From NCBI GenBank assembly GCA_040767605.1, contig JAXGOI010000001.1, positions 1,538,638 to 1,602,637 on the forward strand: a stretch of DNA of 64,000 bases, given 5' to 3'. The position numbers and the translations under genes are program-made. Below the pieces are notes generated by a model, which was not told the DNA's origin, ran no database searches, and saw only the letters and a program-made list of their open reading frames with translations. Below, one piece after another: positions 55,095 to 64,000 of this stretch. The stretch's first letter is position 1. Each line of letters starts with the position of its first letter. This DNA comes from Clostridiales bacterium. GTDB lineage: Bacteria > Bacillota > Dehalobacteriia > UBA4068.

Positions 55095-57002
55095 ATGAGC
55101 CTTAGCGTTAAACTGCCAGACGGCAGCAAAAAAAGCTATCCCCAAGCTATGACGGGGCTGGCAATAGCGGAAGATATCAGCCGCTCCCTGGCTAAAAAAG
55201 CTTTGGGGATTATGGTAAACGGTAAAAAGAGGGATCTTAATCTGCCCCTGGAAGGGGAGATAGATTTTGCCGTTTTAACTTTTGATGATGAGGAGGGCAG
55301 GGATATTTTCCGCCACAGCAGCTCCCATATTATGGCCCAGGCTGTGCAAAAACTTTTCCCCGGAACTATTTTAGGTATCGGCCCCGCCATAAAAGAGGGG
55401 TTTTATTATGATTTTGATTCTCCCCACACTTTTACAAGTGAGGATTTTGCTGCCATAGAGGAGGAAATGGCGGCTATAATTAAGGCGGATTTGCCCTATC
55501 GCAGGGAGGAAATGCCCAGGGAAGAGGCTATGGATTTCTTCCGTAAAAGAGGGGAGCTTTATAAAGTTGAATTAATTAATGATTTGCCTGAGGATGAAAT
55601 TATCAGCCTTTATTTTCAGGGAGATTTTGTTGATCTTTGCGCCGGCCCCCATTTGCCTTCTACCGGCAAAATAAAGGCCTTTAAGCTTTTAAGCCTGGCA
55701 GGGGCCTATTGGCGCGGTAATGAAAAGAATAAAATGCTGCAAAGAATATATGCCACCTCCTTCCCGGATAAGAAGCTTTTGGAGGAATATCTTTTCCGTT
55801 TGGAGGAAGCCAAAAAGAGGGATCATCGTAAGCTCGGGGCGGAGCTTGGTCTTTTTGTCTTTATGGATGAAGGCCCCGGCTTTCCCTTTTTCCTCCCTAA
55901 GGGTATGGTTCTCAGAAACCAGCTGGAAAACTTCTGGCGGGAGCTCCATGAAAAATGGAATTATACCGAAATTAAAACCCCTATGATGCTCAGGCGTTCC
56001 CTTTGGGAGCGCTCCGGCCATTGGGAAAACTATAAAGAAAATATGTATACCACGGTTATAGATGAAGACGATTTTGCCATAAAACCCATGAATTGCCCCG
56101 GGGGAATACTGGCCTATAAGCATGATATTCACAGCTACCGGGAATTCCCCATTCGCTGCGGTGAGTTGGGTCTGGTTCACAGGCATGAGCTTTCCGGCGC
56201 TTTGCACGGCCTTATGCGGGTGCGCTGCTTTACTCAGGACGATGCCCATATTTTCCTCCTTCCGGAGCAGATTAAGGATGAAATTAAAGGCGTAACCCAG
56301 ATGATTGATTATGTTTATAAGCTTTTTGGTTTTAAATACCATGTGGAGCTTTCCACCCGGCCGGAAAAGGCCATGGGGGATATTAAAATTTGGGATATGG
56401 CCACCGATGCCCTTCGGGAGGCCATGAATGAAATGAATATGCCCTTTATTGTAAATGAGGGGGACGGCGCCTTTTACGGGCCTAAATTAGACTTTCATCT
56501 GGAAGACAGCATTGGCCGCACCTGGCAATGCGGCACCATTCAATTGGATTTTCAAATGCCGGAAAAATTTGATATGACTTATATAGGGGCGGATAATCAG
56601 CCCCACCGGCCTGTTATGATACACCGGGTAATTTTTGGCAGCATTGAAAGGTTTATCGGAATTCTCACCGAGCATTATGCCGGGGCTTTTCCCCTTTGGC
56701 TTAGCCCGGTGCAGGTTAAAATTTTAAATATTACCGACAGGCAGGTGGAATATGCCCAAAAAATTCTTAAAACCCTTAAGGATGAGGGGATAAGGGCGGA
56801 ATTTGACGACAGAAATGAGAAAATCGGCTATAAAATCCGGGCGGCCCAGGGAGAGAAAATCCCCTATATGCTGATTATCGGCGATAAAGAGATGGAAAGC
56901 TCAACAGTTGCCCTGCGTAAGCGCGGCCAGGGGGATTTAGGCTCCTTTAGCTTTGAGGATGTTTTGGCCATGCTTAAGAAGGAAATCCGCGAAAAAGCTT
57001 AA
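55095..57002 (+). CDS. thrS: Threonine--tRNA ligase
   Basis: TGS domain, editing-domain HSSSH motif, class II core (FRHE-like HRHELSG, GTIQLDF), anticodon-binding domain. Confidence 0.97.
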   Translation: MSLSVKLPDGSKKSYPQAMTGLAIAEDISRSLAKKALGIMVNGKKRDLNLPLEGEIDFAVLTFDDEEGRDIFRHSSSHIMAQAVQKLFPGTILGIGPAIKEGFYYDFDSPHTFTSEDFAAIEEEMAAIIKADLPYRREEMPREEAMDFFRKRGELYKVELINDLPEDEIISLYFQGDFVDLCAGPHLPSTGKIKAFKLLSLAGAYWRGNEKNKMLQRIYATSFPDKKLLEEYLFRLEEAKKRDHRKLGAELGLFVFMDEGPGFPFFLPKGMVLRNQLENFWRELHEKWNYTEIKTPMMLRRSLWERSGHWENYKENMYTTVIDEDDFAIKPMNCPGGILAYKHDIHSYREFPIRCGELGLVHRHELSGALHGLMRVRCFTQDDAHIFLLPEQIKDEIKGVTQMIDYVYKLFGFKYHVELSTRPEKAMGDIKIWDMATDALREAMNEMNMPFIVNEGDGAFYGPKLDFHLEDSIGRTWQCGTIQLDFQMPEKFDMTYIGADNQPHRPVMIHRVIFGSIERFIGILTEHYAGAFPLWLSPVQVKILNITDRQVEYAQKILKTLKDEGIRAEFDDRNEKIGYKIRAAQGEKIPYMLIIGDKEMESSTVALRKRGQGDLGSFSFEDVLAMLKKEIREKA

Positions 57003-57035
57003 TTAAAAATATTCTTTTAAAAAAATTATATTTCA

Positions 57036-57073
57036 AAACTAAAAGCATAGGCAAAAGCCTATGCTTTTAGTTT
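57036..57073 (+). terminator. Terminator hairpin after thrS (17-bp perfect stem)
   Basis: AAACTAAAAGCATAGGC-AAAA-GCCTATGCTTTTAGTTT. Confidence 0.7.
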
Positions 57074-57143
57074 AGTTTATAAAACAGATATAAGCCTCAG
57101 CCGGGGCAGGCAATAGGCTTTGAGTTTTAGGCGCAATATCTAT

Positions 57144-57159
57144 ATTAGAGTACTCTAAT
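57144..57159. promoter_or_regulatory. Perfect 16-bp palindrome (candidate operator/activator site)
   Basis: ATTAGAGTACTCTAAT, ending 16 nt upstream of the -35 of the transglutaminase-like gene promoter. The half-site TTAGAGTA recurs at 57233-57240. Confidence 0.5.
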
Positions 57160-57175
57160 TATAGGAAGATATATA

Positions 57176-57204
57176 TTGACATAACCTACTTTAGTTTATA
57201 TACT
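57176..57204 (+). promoter_or_regulatory. Sigma-A-type promoter
   Basis: TTGACA, 17-nt spacer, TATACT. Confidence 0.55.
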
Positions 57205-57255
57205 ATTAGTAAGCTAAAACCCATATCCTAAGTTAGAGTAGGCGGTGAGCATAAT

Positions 57256-58038
57256 ATGCGCAAAATATTTATATTATCCATAAGTGTTTTAATTCTTTTT
57301 AGCTTTTGCGCCCCGGCCTTTGCCGCAGATTTTGAAATTGATATTTCTAAAGCCGAAGACGGTCTTTTAATTATTAAAAATATTAAGGATACCGGCAAAA
57401 GAATGCGCCTGCAAATAACCCTGGGTGAGGAAAAATATGTTTATGAAATACGCTCCGATAAAGAGCAGGAGGAGTACCCCCTGCAAATGGGTAATGGGGA
57501 ATATACGGCAAAGGTTTTGCAAAATATTGTAGATGCCCGCTATAAAGTAATAACCACTAAGAATTTTAAGGTAAATATTAAAGATGCTAATTGCGTTTTT
57601 CTCCATTCCATACAGCCTATTCATTGGAAGGATGAAATGGACCCCATGGTATTTGCCAAAGAAATTATGGATAGCAATAAAAAAGATATTGATAAAATAA
57701 AAGAGATTTACCAGCATATGATTAAGAATTATAAATATAACTGGAGCGTATATAATAAACTCCCCACTACATATGTGCCGGATATTCAAGTAACATATAA
57801 AAGCAAAATGGGGATATGCTATGATTATTCATCTCTTACAGCCTCTATGTTAAGGAGTATGGGTTACCCCACCCGCTTGGTTAAGGGGTATTCCACAAAG
57901 GTTAACGGTTATCATGCCTGGAATGAGGTTTTTATTAACAATGAATGGATTATAGTAGATACAACTGTGGATAGCAGCATTAAGGCTCCTGTTTTCCGCA
58001 AAAGCCCTAAAGATTATACCGGTACGGGTATATATTAA
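57256..58038 (+). CDS. Secreted transglutaminase-like cysteine protease domain protein
   Basis: Signal peptide (ILSISVLILFSFCAPAFA). Catalytic core GICYDYSSL...GYHAWNEV...VDTT (Cys-His-Asp triad of the transglutaminase-like fold). Confidence 0.8.
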   Translation: MRKIFILSISVLILFSFCAPAFAADFEIDISKAEDGLLIIKNIKDTGKRMRLQITLGEEKYVYEIRSDKEQEEYPLQMGNGEYTAKVLQNIVDARYKVITTKNFKVNIKDANCVFLHSIQPIHWKDEMDPMVFAKEIMDSNKKDIDKIKEIYQHMIKNYKYNWSVYNKLPTTYVPDIQVTYKSKMGICYDYSSLTASMLRSMGYPTRLVKGYSTKVNGYHAWNEVFINNEWIIVDTTVDSSIKAPVFRKSPKDYTGTGIY

Positions 58039-58065
58039 TTAAAAAATAATTTAAAAAAGTAAAAG

Positions 58066-58097
58066 CAAAAGCCTGCTTAAAGGCTTTTGTTTTTTTT
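58066..58097 (+). terminator. Intrinsic terminator
   Basis: CAAAAGCCT-GCTTAA-AGGCTTTTG then TTTTTTTT. Confidence 0.85.
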
Positions 58098-58118
58098 ACC
58101 GGCTTATGTATAAAAAAC

Positions 58119-58147
58119 TTGACACTAAATTGAGATTATGATACAAT
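58119..58147 (+). promoter_or_regulatory. Sigma-A-type promoter of the infC-rpmI-rplT operon
   Basis: TTGACA, 17-nt spacer, TACAAT. Confidence 0.6.
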
Positions 58148-58149
58148 TT

Positions 58150-58278
58150 CCATGTTATAGAAAAGAAGAAGCCAACCGCTTCTCACCTTGCGGGCGAATT
58201 GCCCCGGGTTAAGATAATGGTTGCATTTATTAGGCAATTATTATGTATAAAAGCGGGTGCTTACCCGCTTATTTTTTT
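58150..58278 (+). promoter_or_regulatory. L20-leader-type attenuator upstream of infC
   Basis: About 130-nt structured leader ending in the terminator AAGCGGGT-GCTT-ACCCGCTT-ATTTTTTT (58251-58278), immediately before the infC SD. Same architecture as the Firmicute L20 (rplT) autoregulatory leader. Confidence 0.6.
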
Positions 58279-58293
58279 GCGGAGGTGAATAAG

Positions 58294-58803
58294 ATTAAAG
58301 AATTACGCATCAATGAGGCAATAAGAGCCGGTGAGGTTCGCTTGGTTTCCGGTAACGGTGATGAGCAGAGTATTATTCCCCTTAGAGAGGCCTTGGCTAA
58401 GGCTGTTGAAAGCGGTCTGGATCTTGTTGAGATTTCTCCCAATGCCAAGCCGCCGGTTTGCCGGATTATGGATTACGGCAAATACCGTTTTGAGCAAATA
58501 AAAAGGGAAAAGGAATCTAAAAAGAATCAGAATATTATTCAGCTTAAAGAAGTAAAGCTTCGTCCCAATATTGAAGAGCATGATTTTGAAACCAAAAGCA
58601 GAAACGCCGAGCGCTTTCTCAAAGACGGCGATAAGGTAAAGCTAACTATAATGTTTAGGGGAAGGGAAATAACCCACCCTGAACTGGGCAGGGTTTTATG
58701 CAATAAAATGGTTGAAAGACTCAGCGAGATTGCTGTTGTAGAGCGCCCGGCCAAAATTGAGGGTAAAAATATGACTGTAATTTTTGCCCCCAAAGTCGGG
58801 TAA
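58294..58803 (+). CDS. infC: Translation initiation factor IF-3 (ATT start codon)
   Basis: IKELRINEAIRAGEVRLV... begins at ATT 58294, 6 nt after GGAGGTG (58281-58287). The track start at ATG 58243 would translate through the attenuator hairpin. Confidence 0.9.
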   Translation: MKELRINEAIRAGEVRLVSGNGDEQSIIPLREALAKAVESGLDLVEISPNAKPPVCRIMDYGKYRFEQIKREKESKKNQNIIQLKEVKLRPNIEEHDFETKSRNAERFLKDGDKVKLTIMFRGREITHPELGRVLCNKMVERLSEIAVVERPAKIEGKNMTVIFAPKVG

Positions 58804-58856
58804 GCGGATTATTTTTTAGAATAGTTATGTAATAACTGTGGAAAAGAGGGAAAACA

Positions 58857-59054
58857 ATGCCTAAAATGAAAACCCATCGCGGTGCGGCCAAAAGAATTAA
58901 AATTACAGGCACCGGAAAATTAAAGCGGCAGCAAGCCTTTAAAAGACATATCCTGGGTAAAAAAGCCCCTAAAAGGAAGCGTCATTTACGCAAAGGCGCT
59001 CTTGTTTGTGCCGCAAACCATAAAAATATGAAGACTATGTTACCGTATCTTTAA
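58857..59054 (+). CDS. rpmI: 50S ribosomal protein L35
   Basis: [24 protein letters not shown]. Confidence 0.97.
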   Translation: MPKMKTHRGAAKRIKITGTGKLKRQQAFKRHILGKKAPKRKRHLRKGALVCAANHKNMKTMLPYL

Positions 59055-59077
59055 AGTGAAAGCGAGGAACAACGACC

Positions 59078-59434
59078 ATGACCAGAGTAAAAAGAGGCTA
59101 TGTCAAGCATCGCCGTCATAAAAAAATTCTTAAATTGGCAAAAGGCTATCGGGCGTCAAATTCAAAGCTGTTTAGAGTGGCCAATCAGCAGGTTCTCCAT
59201 TCTATGGCTTACGCTTTCGCTCATCGCCGTAAAAAGAAGGGGGATTTCCGCAAGCTTTGGATTACCAGAATAAATGCGGCCGCCCGTATGAACGGCCTTT
59301 CTTATAGCAGAATGATTAACGGTTTAAAAAATGCGGATATCGCGGTAAACAGAAAAATCCTGGCAGATTTAGCCGTTAACGATATTAATGCCTTTAATCA
59401 ATTTGCGGAGCTTGCAAAAGCAAATTTAAAATAG
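59078..59434 (+). CDS. rplT: 50S ribosomal protein L20
   Basis: [26 protein letters not shown]...[21 protein letters not shown]. Confidence 0.97.
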   Translation: MTRVKRGYVKHRRHKKILKLAKGYRASNSKLFRVANQQVLHSMAYAFAHRRKKKGDFRKLWITRINAAARMNGLSYSRMINGLKNADIAVNRKILADLAVNDINAFNQFAELAKANLK

Positions 59435-59466
59435 CCTAAATAAAATAGCCTAATTTTAATTTTAAA

Positions 59467-59492
59467 TAGCCGGAGGCTCCGGCTATTTTTTT
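59467..59492 (+). terminator. Intrinsic terminator after rplT
   Basis: TAGCCGGA-GGC-TCCGGCTA then TTTTTTT. Confidence 0.85.
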
Positions 59493-59595
59493 ATTGCCTT
59501 GCGCTATTCCCCCGCCATAGGATATTATATAAATAAATAAATTATTTTAAGACCGATTTATTTTAAAAAACCGGAAGGATATACCAAAAAATATT

Positions 59596-60414
59596 ATGGA
59601 TTATATTAATTTGCCCCAAATAAGCTCTAAAGATAATCCCCTCCTTAAGGAATTTCGTTCTTTAGGGCAAAAAAAACACCGTAAAGAGCTCTCTTTATTT
59701 CCGGCGGAGGGTTTAAGGCTGGCGGAGGAGGCCTGTAAATCCTCCTGGGATATTGCCTATGCCTTTATTGCCCCGGGTTTTATTAAAGGGCAAAGGGCAG
59801 AGGATTTGGTTAAGGCCTTGCTTAAGCGGGCTGTGCCGGTTTATGCCCTTACAGATGAGAGGCTTATTAATTGGGTTTCGGAAACTAAAGCGCCTCAGGG
59901 TATAGCTCTGGCGGTAAAAATTCCTGTTATTAAACCAAAAAATATTGCCGGATCCTTTAAATCCATGGTTTTAATGGCGGATTCTATAAGCGACCCCGGG
60001 AATTTAGGGGCTCTTTTCCGTACGGCTTTGGCAGCAGGGGCAGACGGCCTGATAACTACCCCCGGTAGTGCGGATTGTTATAACCCCAAGGTTGTGCGCG
60101 CAACCATGGGGGCTATTTTTAATTTGCCTTTTTATGAGGCAAAAAGCAATCAGGAGGCCTTAAGTATTTTATCCGGCAAGGGCTTAAATATTTTTATCGC
60201 CGCCGGAGAAGGAAATTTCAGCTATACAAAGGCGGATTTTTCTTCCCCCTTTGCTCTGATTATGGGCTCTGAGGCCCGGGGGGTGGGAGATTTTTGGCGG
60301 AATAAAGCAAATGCCTTTTTAAGCCTGCCTATGGAAAACAGGGTGGAATCCTTAAATGTTTCGGTGGCGGCAGGTATTTTCCTATATGAGGCGCGGCGTC
60401 AAAGAGCGCTTTAA
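59596..60414 (+). CDS. TrmH/SpoU-family RNA 2'-O-methyltransferase
   Basis: SPOUT motifs (DSISDPGNLGALFRTA, LIMGSEARGV, SLNVSVAAGIFLYE). Position between rplT and pheS parallels B. subtilis ysgA. Confidence 0.85.
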   Translation: MDYINLPQISSKDNPLLKEFRSLGQKKHRKELSLFPAEGLRLAEEACKSSWDIAYAFIAPGFIKGQRAEDLVKALLKRAVPVYALTDERLINWVSETKAPQGIALAVKIPVIKPKNIAGSFKSMVLMADSISDPGNLGALFRTALAAGADGLITTPGSADCYNPKVVRATMGAIFNLPFYEAKSNQEALSILSGKGLNIFIAAGEGNFSYTKADFSSPFALIMGSEARGVGDFWRNKANAFLSLPMENRVESLNVSVAAGIFLYEARRQRAL

Positions 60415-60437
60415 ACTAAAATTTGAGATTTGTTTTC

Positions 60438-60466
60438 TTGTATTGGCCTTAAAACCATGGTATAAT
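60438..60466 (+). promoter_or_regulatory. Sigma-A-type promoter with extended -10
   Basis: TTGTAT, 17-nt spacer, TGgTATAAT. Confidence 0.55.
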
Positions 60467-60507
60467 ATTAAAAGATAAAGAGCGATAATCATACTTGAAA
60501 GGTAGTG

Positions 60508-60606
60508 ATGTTAATGATAGCTTCGGCTGAAGCCATCTGGAAACTTTTCGAGGAAACTGGATCTATTGCCGCCTACATCATTTATAGGAGAATGATACTC
60601 CAATAG
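60508..60606 (+). CDS. YqzL-like micro-protein (32 aa), not in the ORF track
   Basis: Own translation: MLMIASAEAIWKLFEETGSIAAYIIYRRMILQ, stop TAG 60604-60606. The W.LF..TG.I.AY..Y core resembles the YqzL family. SD-like GAAAGG lies upstream. Confidence 0.45.
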   Translation: MLMIASAEAIWKLFEETGSIAAYIIYRRMILQ

Positions 60607-60693
60607 CAGCCTGTATCTCTTAACTTATCCTTTTGAATAAAAGGTAGCGGTTGCAATCCGGCTTAAGTTTTTTTGTTGCGCTGATATTGATCG

Positions 60694-60730
60694 TGCCTTT
60701 CATCCTTTTGATGAAAGGCATTTGTTTATT
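60694..60730 (+). terminator. Intrinsic terminator after the micro-ORF
   Basis: TGCCTTTCATC-CTTTT-GATGAAAGGCA then TTTGTTTATT. Confidence 0.7.
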
Positions 60731-60738
60731 AAATTATT

Positions 60739-60769
60739 TCTCTTAAAAGCCTTTTAAGCTTTTAAGAGA
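60739..60769 (+). other. Perfect 12-bp hairpin immediately upstream of the pheS SD
   Basis: TCTCTTAAAAGC-CTTTTAA-GCTTTTAAGAGA, followed by GTTTTAAGGGGAGAG. Confidence 0.6.
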
Positions 60770-60795
60770 GTTTTAAGGGGAGAGTGGAAAAATAA

Positions 60796-61818
60796 ATGTT
60801 GCAGAAGCTGGCTTTACTGGAGCAAGAGGCCTCACAGGCTATTTCGGCCTGTGATGATATGGCAAAATTGCAGGATTTAAAAATTTCCTATTTAGGTAAA
60901 AAGGGGGAGATTACCCAAATTTCCCGCCAAATGGGGCAAATAGACCCTAAACTCAGGCCGGAAATGGGTCAGGCTGTTAATAAAACCAAGGAAAGCATTG
61001 AGGCCCTTGCAGAAGCTAAAATGAAGGAGCTTTATAAGCTCCGGCTTAAAGAGCGGCTGGAAAGGGAAAAAATAGATATTACCCTGCCGGGCAGGAATTT
61101 CCTCAAAGGCAGCCGCCACCCTTTAACCCTGGTGCAGGAAGAAATAGAGAATATCTTTTTAGGCCTGGGCTATAAAATTGCCCAAGGCCCCCAGGTGGAA
61201 ACAGATTATTATAATTTTGAGGCTTTAAATATTCCCCCGGAACACCCTGCCCGGGAAATGCAGGATTCCTTTTATTTTACGGAAAATTTGCTTTTGCGCA
61301 CCCATACATCCCCGGTTCAGGCTCATGTTATGGAGGCTACAGCCCCCAAATTGCCGGTTAAGGTAATTTGCCCCGGCACGGTTTACCGCAGAGATGACGA
61401 CGCCACCCATTCCCCTATGTTTCACCAGGTGGAAGGGCTTTATATTGATAATAATGTTACCATGGGGGATTTAAAAGGCACCCTTTTGGCCTTTGTGCGC
61501 CAAATGTTTGGGGATGAAAGAGAAATTCGCCTGCGCCCCAGTTATTTCCCTTTTACCGAGCCCAGCGCCGAGGTGGATATTTCCTGCTTTGCCTGCGGGG
61601 GAGCCGGCTGCCGCCTTTGTAAGGGCAGCGGCTGGATAGAGATTTTAGGCTCCGGCATGGTGCATCCCCGGGTATTGGAAATGTCCGGCTATGACCCTTC
61701 ACAGGTAAACGGTTTTGCTTTCGGCATGGGGGTTGAGCGCATCGCCATGCTTAAATACGGAATAAATGATATGCGCCTTTTATTCGATAATGACTTGCGT
61801 TTTTTAGCGCAGTTTTAG
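60796..61818 (+). CDS. pheS: Phenylalanine--tRNA ligase alpha subunit
   Basis: [14 protein letters not shown] and FRRD-like [31 protein letters not shown]. Confidence 0.97.
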   Translation: MLQKLALLEQEASQAISACDDMAKLQDLKISYLGKKGEITQISRQMGQIDPKLRPEMGQAVNKTKESIEALAEAKMKELYKLRLKERLEREKIDITLPGRNFLKGSRHPLTLVQEEIENIFLGLGYKIAQGPQVETDYYNFEALNIPPEHPAREMQDSFYFTENLLLRTHTSPVQAHVMEATAPKLPVKVICPGTVYRRDDDATHSPMFHQVEGLYIDNNVTMGDLKGTLLAFVRQMFGDEREIRLRPSYFPFTEPSAEVDISCFACGGAGCRLCKGSGWIEILGSGMVHPRVLEMSGYDPSQVNGFAFGMGVERIAMLKYGINDMRLLFDNDLRFLAQF

Positions 61819-61828
61819 GAGGAAAACC

Positions 61829-64000
61829 ATGAGAGTATCCTATAAATGGCTTAAGGATTATGTAAAATTTGAGGAAAGCCCGGAAGAATTAGGGCAAAAA
61901 CTTACCCTGGCCGGTTTGGAAGTTGATGAAATAGAATATTTAGGCAAGGGAATTAAAAATGTTATAGTGGGGCTGGTAAAAGAAAAGGCCCCTCACCCCA
62001 AAAGCAATAAGCTTTCCGTTTGCCGGGTAGACGACGGAAACAGCCTGCGCCAGGTTGTTTGCGGCGCCCCCAATGTAGAAAAGGGGCAAAAAGTCCCTCT
62101 GGCTGTTCCCGGGGCTAAACTCCCAAATGGAATGGAAATTTCCGTAGCCAGCGTAGCAGGGGTAGAATCCTTCGGGATGATTTGCTCCGGGGCCGAATTA
62201 GGCATAGATGACGAAGATTGCCAGGGGATTATGGTTCTCTCCGAGGATGCCCCTTTAGGGGAGGATATTGTCCGGGCTTTGGAATTGGAGGATGCCGTTT
62301 TAATTTTAGAATTAACTCCCAACCGCAGCGATTGCCTGGGGATGCTTAATATTGCCAGAGAAGTAGCCGCCATAACCGGCGGGAGCTTTCAGCCTCCCAC
62401 CCTCCATTATGGGGAAAAGGGCGGCAATATTTGCGATTTAGCCGTAATTGAGGTTGAGGATAAAGATTTATGCCCTCGTTATTTAGGCCGTTTGGTTCAA
62501 GGCCTTAAGGTTGGAATTTCCCCCCGGTGGATGCAGCGCTATTTAATTTCAGCCGGAATGCGCCCCATAAATAATGTGGTGGATATCAGTAATTTTGTAA
62601 TGCTGGAAACAGGCCAGCCCTCTCATATTTTTGATTATCAAAAGCTTTCCGGCCATAAAATAATTGTGCGCCGGGCCAAAGAAGGCGAAAAGCTGATAAC
62701 TCTGGATAATAAAGAAAGAAGCTTTAGGGGAGATACCCTTTTAATTTGCGATAGTATGCGCCCCGTATGTATTGCCGGGGTTATGGGGGGTTTGGATAGT
62801 GAGGTAACCCCTGAAACCACAGATGTTTTAATCGAAACCGCCTGCTTTGACCCGGTTTCTATTCGCCGTACCTCAAGGGGGCTTAATTTAATTTCCGAAT
62901 CCTCTCTCCGTTTTGAAAAAGGCCTTGATATTGAGGGCTGCAATTGGGCCTCTAAAAGAATTGTTCAGCTTTTATTGGAGTATTGCGGAGGGGTTGCCGC
63001 GGCAGGCAATTTAGATATTCGGATTCCTCAAGAGCCGGAGAAAATCATCCCTTTAAGAATAGAAAAGGTTAATGCCGTTTTAGGTACGGATTATTCCCTG
63101 GGGGATATTGCCGGGGTTATGCACAGCCTTTCCTTCCCCTTAGAGAAGGTGGGGGAGGATTTAATGGTTACGATACCCTATTACAGAAGGGATATTTCCA
63201 TTGAGGAGGATTTAATCGAAGAAGTAGCGAGGCTGAGGGGCTTTAATGAAATCCCCGTAACATTACCGGCCTCATCTTCTCACGGCTTGCGCAGCAGCAG
63301 TCAGCAAATTGCCTCAGAGCTTAAGCTGGCCTGCGAGGGCCTGGGCTTGCGGGAAGTTATTAATTATACTTTTATCAGCCCCAAAGATTTAGATAAACTG
63401 CTTTTGCCCCCAAATCATAGCCTGAGGGAGAGTTTAGCCATTGCCAACCCCTTAAGCGAAGAGCAAGGCCTTATGCGTACTCAAATGCTGGCTGGGATTT
63501 TGCAAACATCTTCCAGAAATTATAATCGCCGGAATTTGAATTTGCGTTTATTTGAATTCGGTAATTGCTTTAAGGTAAAAAAAGCCGGGGAGCAGCCGGA
63601 AGAAATAAATACTCTGGCCATTGCCTTAAGCGGGGAGTATAACCCGGGCTGGCAGGGGCAAAAAGCGGCTTTTGATTACTTTTATTTAAAAGGCCTTTGG
63701 GAGAATTTAAGCCGGGCTTTTAATCTGCCGGAATGCACTTATTTACCGGCAGATGAGGGAAAATACCCCTTTATGCACCCCGGGCGCAGCGCAATTATTC
63801 TTTGCGGGGGGGAAGAAATCGGCTTTTTGGGGGAAATTCACCCCCTGGTTTTGGCTAATTATGAGCTGGAGAAACCTTTAACTTTCCTCCAGGTAAAAAC
63901 GGAGCCCTTTACATCTAGGGGTTTTGTCATGGGCCATTGTCAAGACCTTCCCCGCTTCCCGGGGGCGGCCAGGGATATGGCTTTAATCGGCAGGGCGGAT
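61829..64000 (+). CDS. pheT: Phenylalanine--tRNA ligase beta subunit (3' end beyond window)
   Basis: Own translation from ATG 61829: MRVSYKWLKDYVKFEESPEELGQKLTLAGLEVDEIE..., with the tRNA-binding OB domain (HPKSNKLSVCRVD). The frame stays open to position 64000. Not in the ORF track because it has no stop in the window. Confidence 0.95.
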   Translation, partial: MRVSYKWLKDYVKFEESPEELGQKLTLAGLEVDEIEYLGKGIKNVIVGLVKEKAPHPKSNKLSVCRVDDGNSLRQVVCGAPNVEKGQKVPLAVPGAKLPNGMEISVASVAGVESFGMICSGAELGIDDEDCQGIMVLSEDAPLGEDIVRALELEDAVLILELTPNRSDCLGMLNIAREVAAITGGSFQPPTLHYGEKGGNICDLAVIEVEDKDLCPRYLGRLVQGLKVGISPRWMQRYLISAGMRPINNVVDISNFVMLETGQPSHIFDYQKLSGHKIIVRRAKEGEKLITLDNKERSFRGDTLLICDSMRPVCIAGVMGGLDSEVTPETTDVLIETACFDPVSIRRTSRGLNLISESSLRFEKGLDIEGCNWASKRIVQLLLEYCGGVAAAGNLDIRIPQEPEKIIPLRIEKVNAVLGTDYSLGDIAGVMHSLSFPLEKVGEDLMVTIPYYRRDISIEEDLIEEVARLRGFNEIPVTLPASSSHGLRSSSQQIASELKLACEGLGLREVINYTFISPKDLDKLLLPPNHSLRESLAIANPLSEEQGLMRTQMLAGILQTSSRNYNRRNLNLRLFEFGNCFKVKKAGEQPEEINTLAIALSGEYNPGWQGQKAAFDYFYLKGLWENLSRAFNLPECTYLPADEGKYPFMHPGRSAIILCGGEEIGFLGEIHPLVLANYELEKPLTFLQVKTEPFTSRGFVMGHCQDLPRFPGAARDMALIGRAD

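Noticed and set aside
55689-56342. 217-aa ORF on the minus strand
   Set aside because: Antisense to the thrS catalytic core, with no SD and no motif. Shadow ORF.

Overview
The window is a core-chromosome segment of a Bacillota (Clostridia-like) genome. That placement rests on codY, remA, ytxC, PASTA-bearing class B PBP, SpoVE/FtsW-type and sortase genes. Coding is dense and almost entirely on the + strand; only 5 genes are on the - strand. Gene order: radC fragment, dnaE, gdhA, DUF1858, LysM protein(-), lipoate-protein ligase, ylbF-like, fur-family, TPR protein, M20 amidohydrolase, small export protein. A long dcw cluster follows: mraZ-rsmH-ftsL-PBP-murE-mraY-murD-ftsW-murG-murC-murB-murA-ftsQ-ftsZ. 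Then come codY, relA/spoT, dtd, MBL hydrolase, MFS(-), T-box::hisS-aspS, a candidate 6S RNA, pyrF, CDF(-), rqcH(-) and yicC. Next are an mIHF-like gene, remA, gmk, rpoZ, coaBC, metK, a second PBP, a TsaA/FmdE fusion(-), an aminotransferase and a holin-like gene. The window ends with yhhQ, sortase, ytxC, thrS, a transglutaminase-like gene, L20-leader::infC-rpmI-rplT, trmH-family, a yqzL-like micro-ORF, pheS and pheT (3' truncated). I found no tRNA or rRNA genes, CRISPR arrays, transposases, integrases or recognisable defence systems. I do not see a convincing novel multi-gene system; this is ordinary housekeeping DNA. The observations most worth follow-up are small-scale. (1) A ~180-nt 6S-like RNA downstream of aspS that the ORF track absorbs into an over-long pyrF ORF. 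(2) A canonical T-box on hisS-aspS with an ambiguous specifier register (CAC/AAC) and a UGGC acceptor bulge. (3) An atypical dcw layout with no murF and no ftsA in place but murC-murB-murA present, plus duplicated promoter-like modules before ftsQ. (4) An actinobacterial-type mIHF gene and an actinobacteria-like coaBC-metK linkage mixed with Firmicute remA synteny. (5) A TsaA/TrmO-FmdE domain fusion. (6) Several unexplained operator-like palindromes and short tandem repeats in intergenic spacers. All functional calls come from reading the translated ORFs and motifs by eye; no database search was run.
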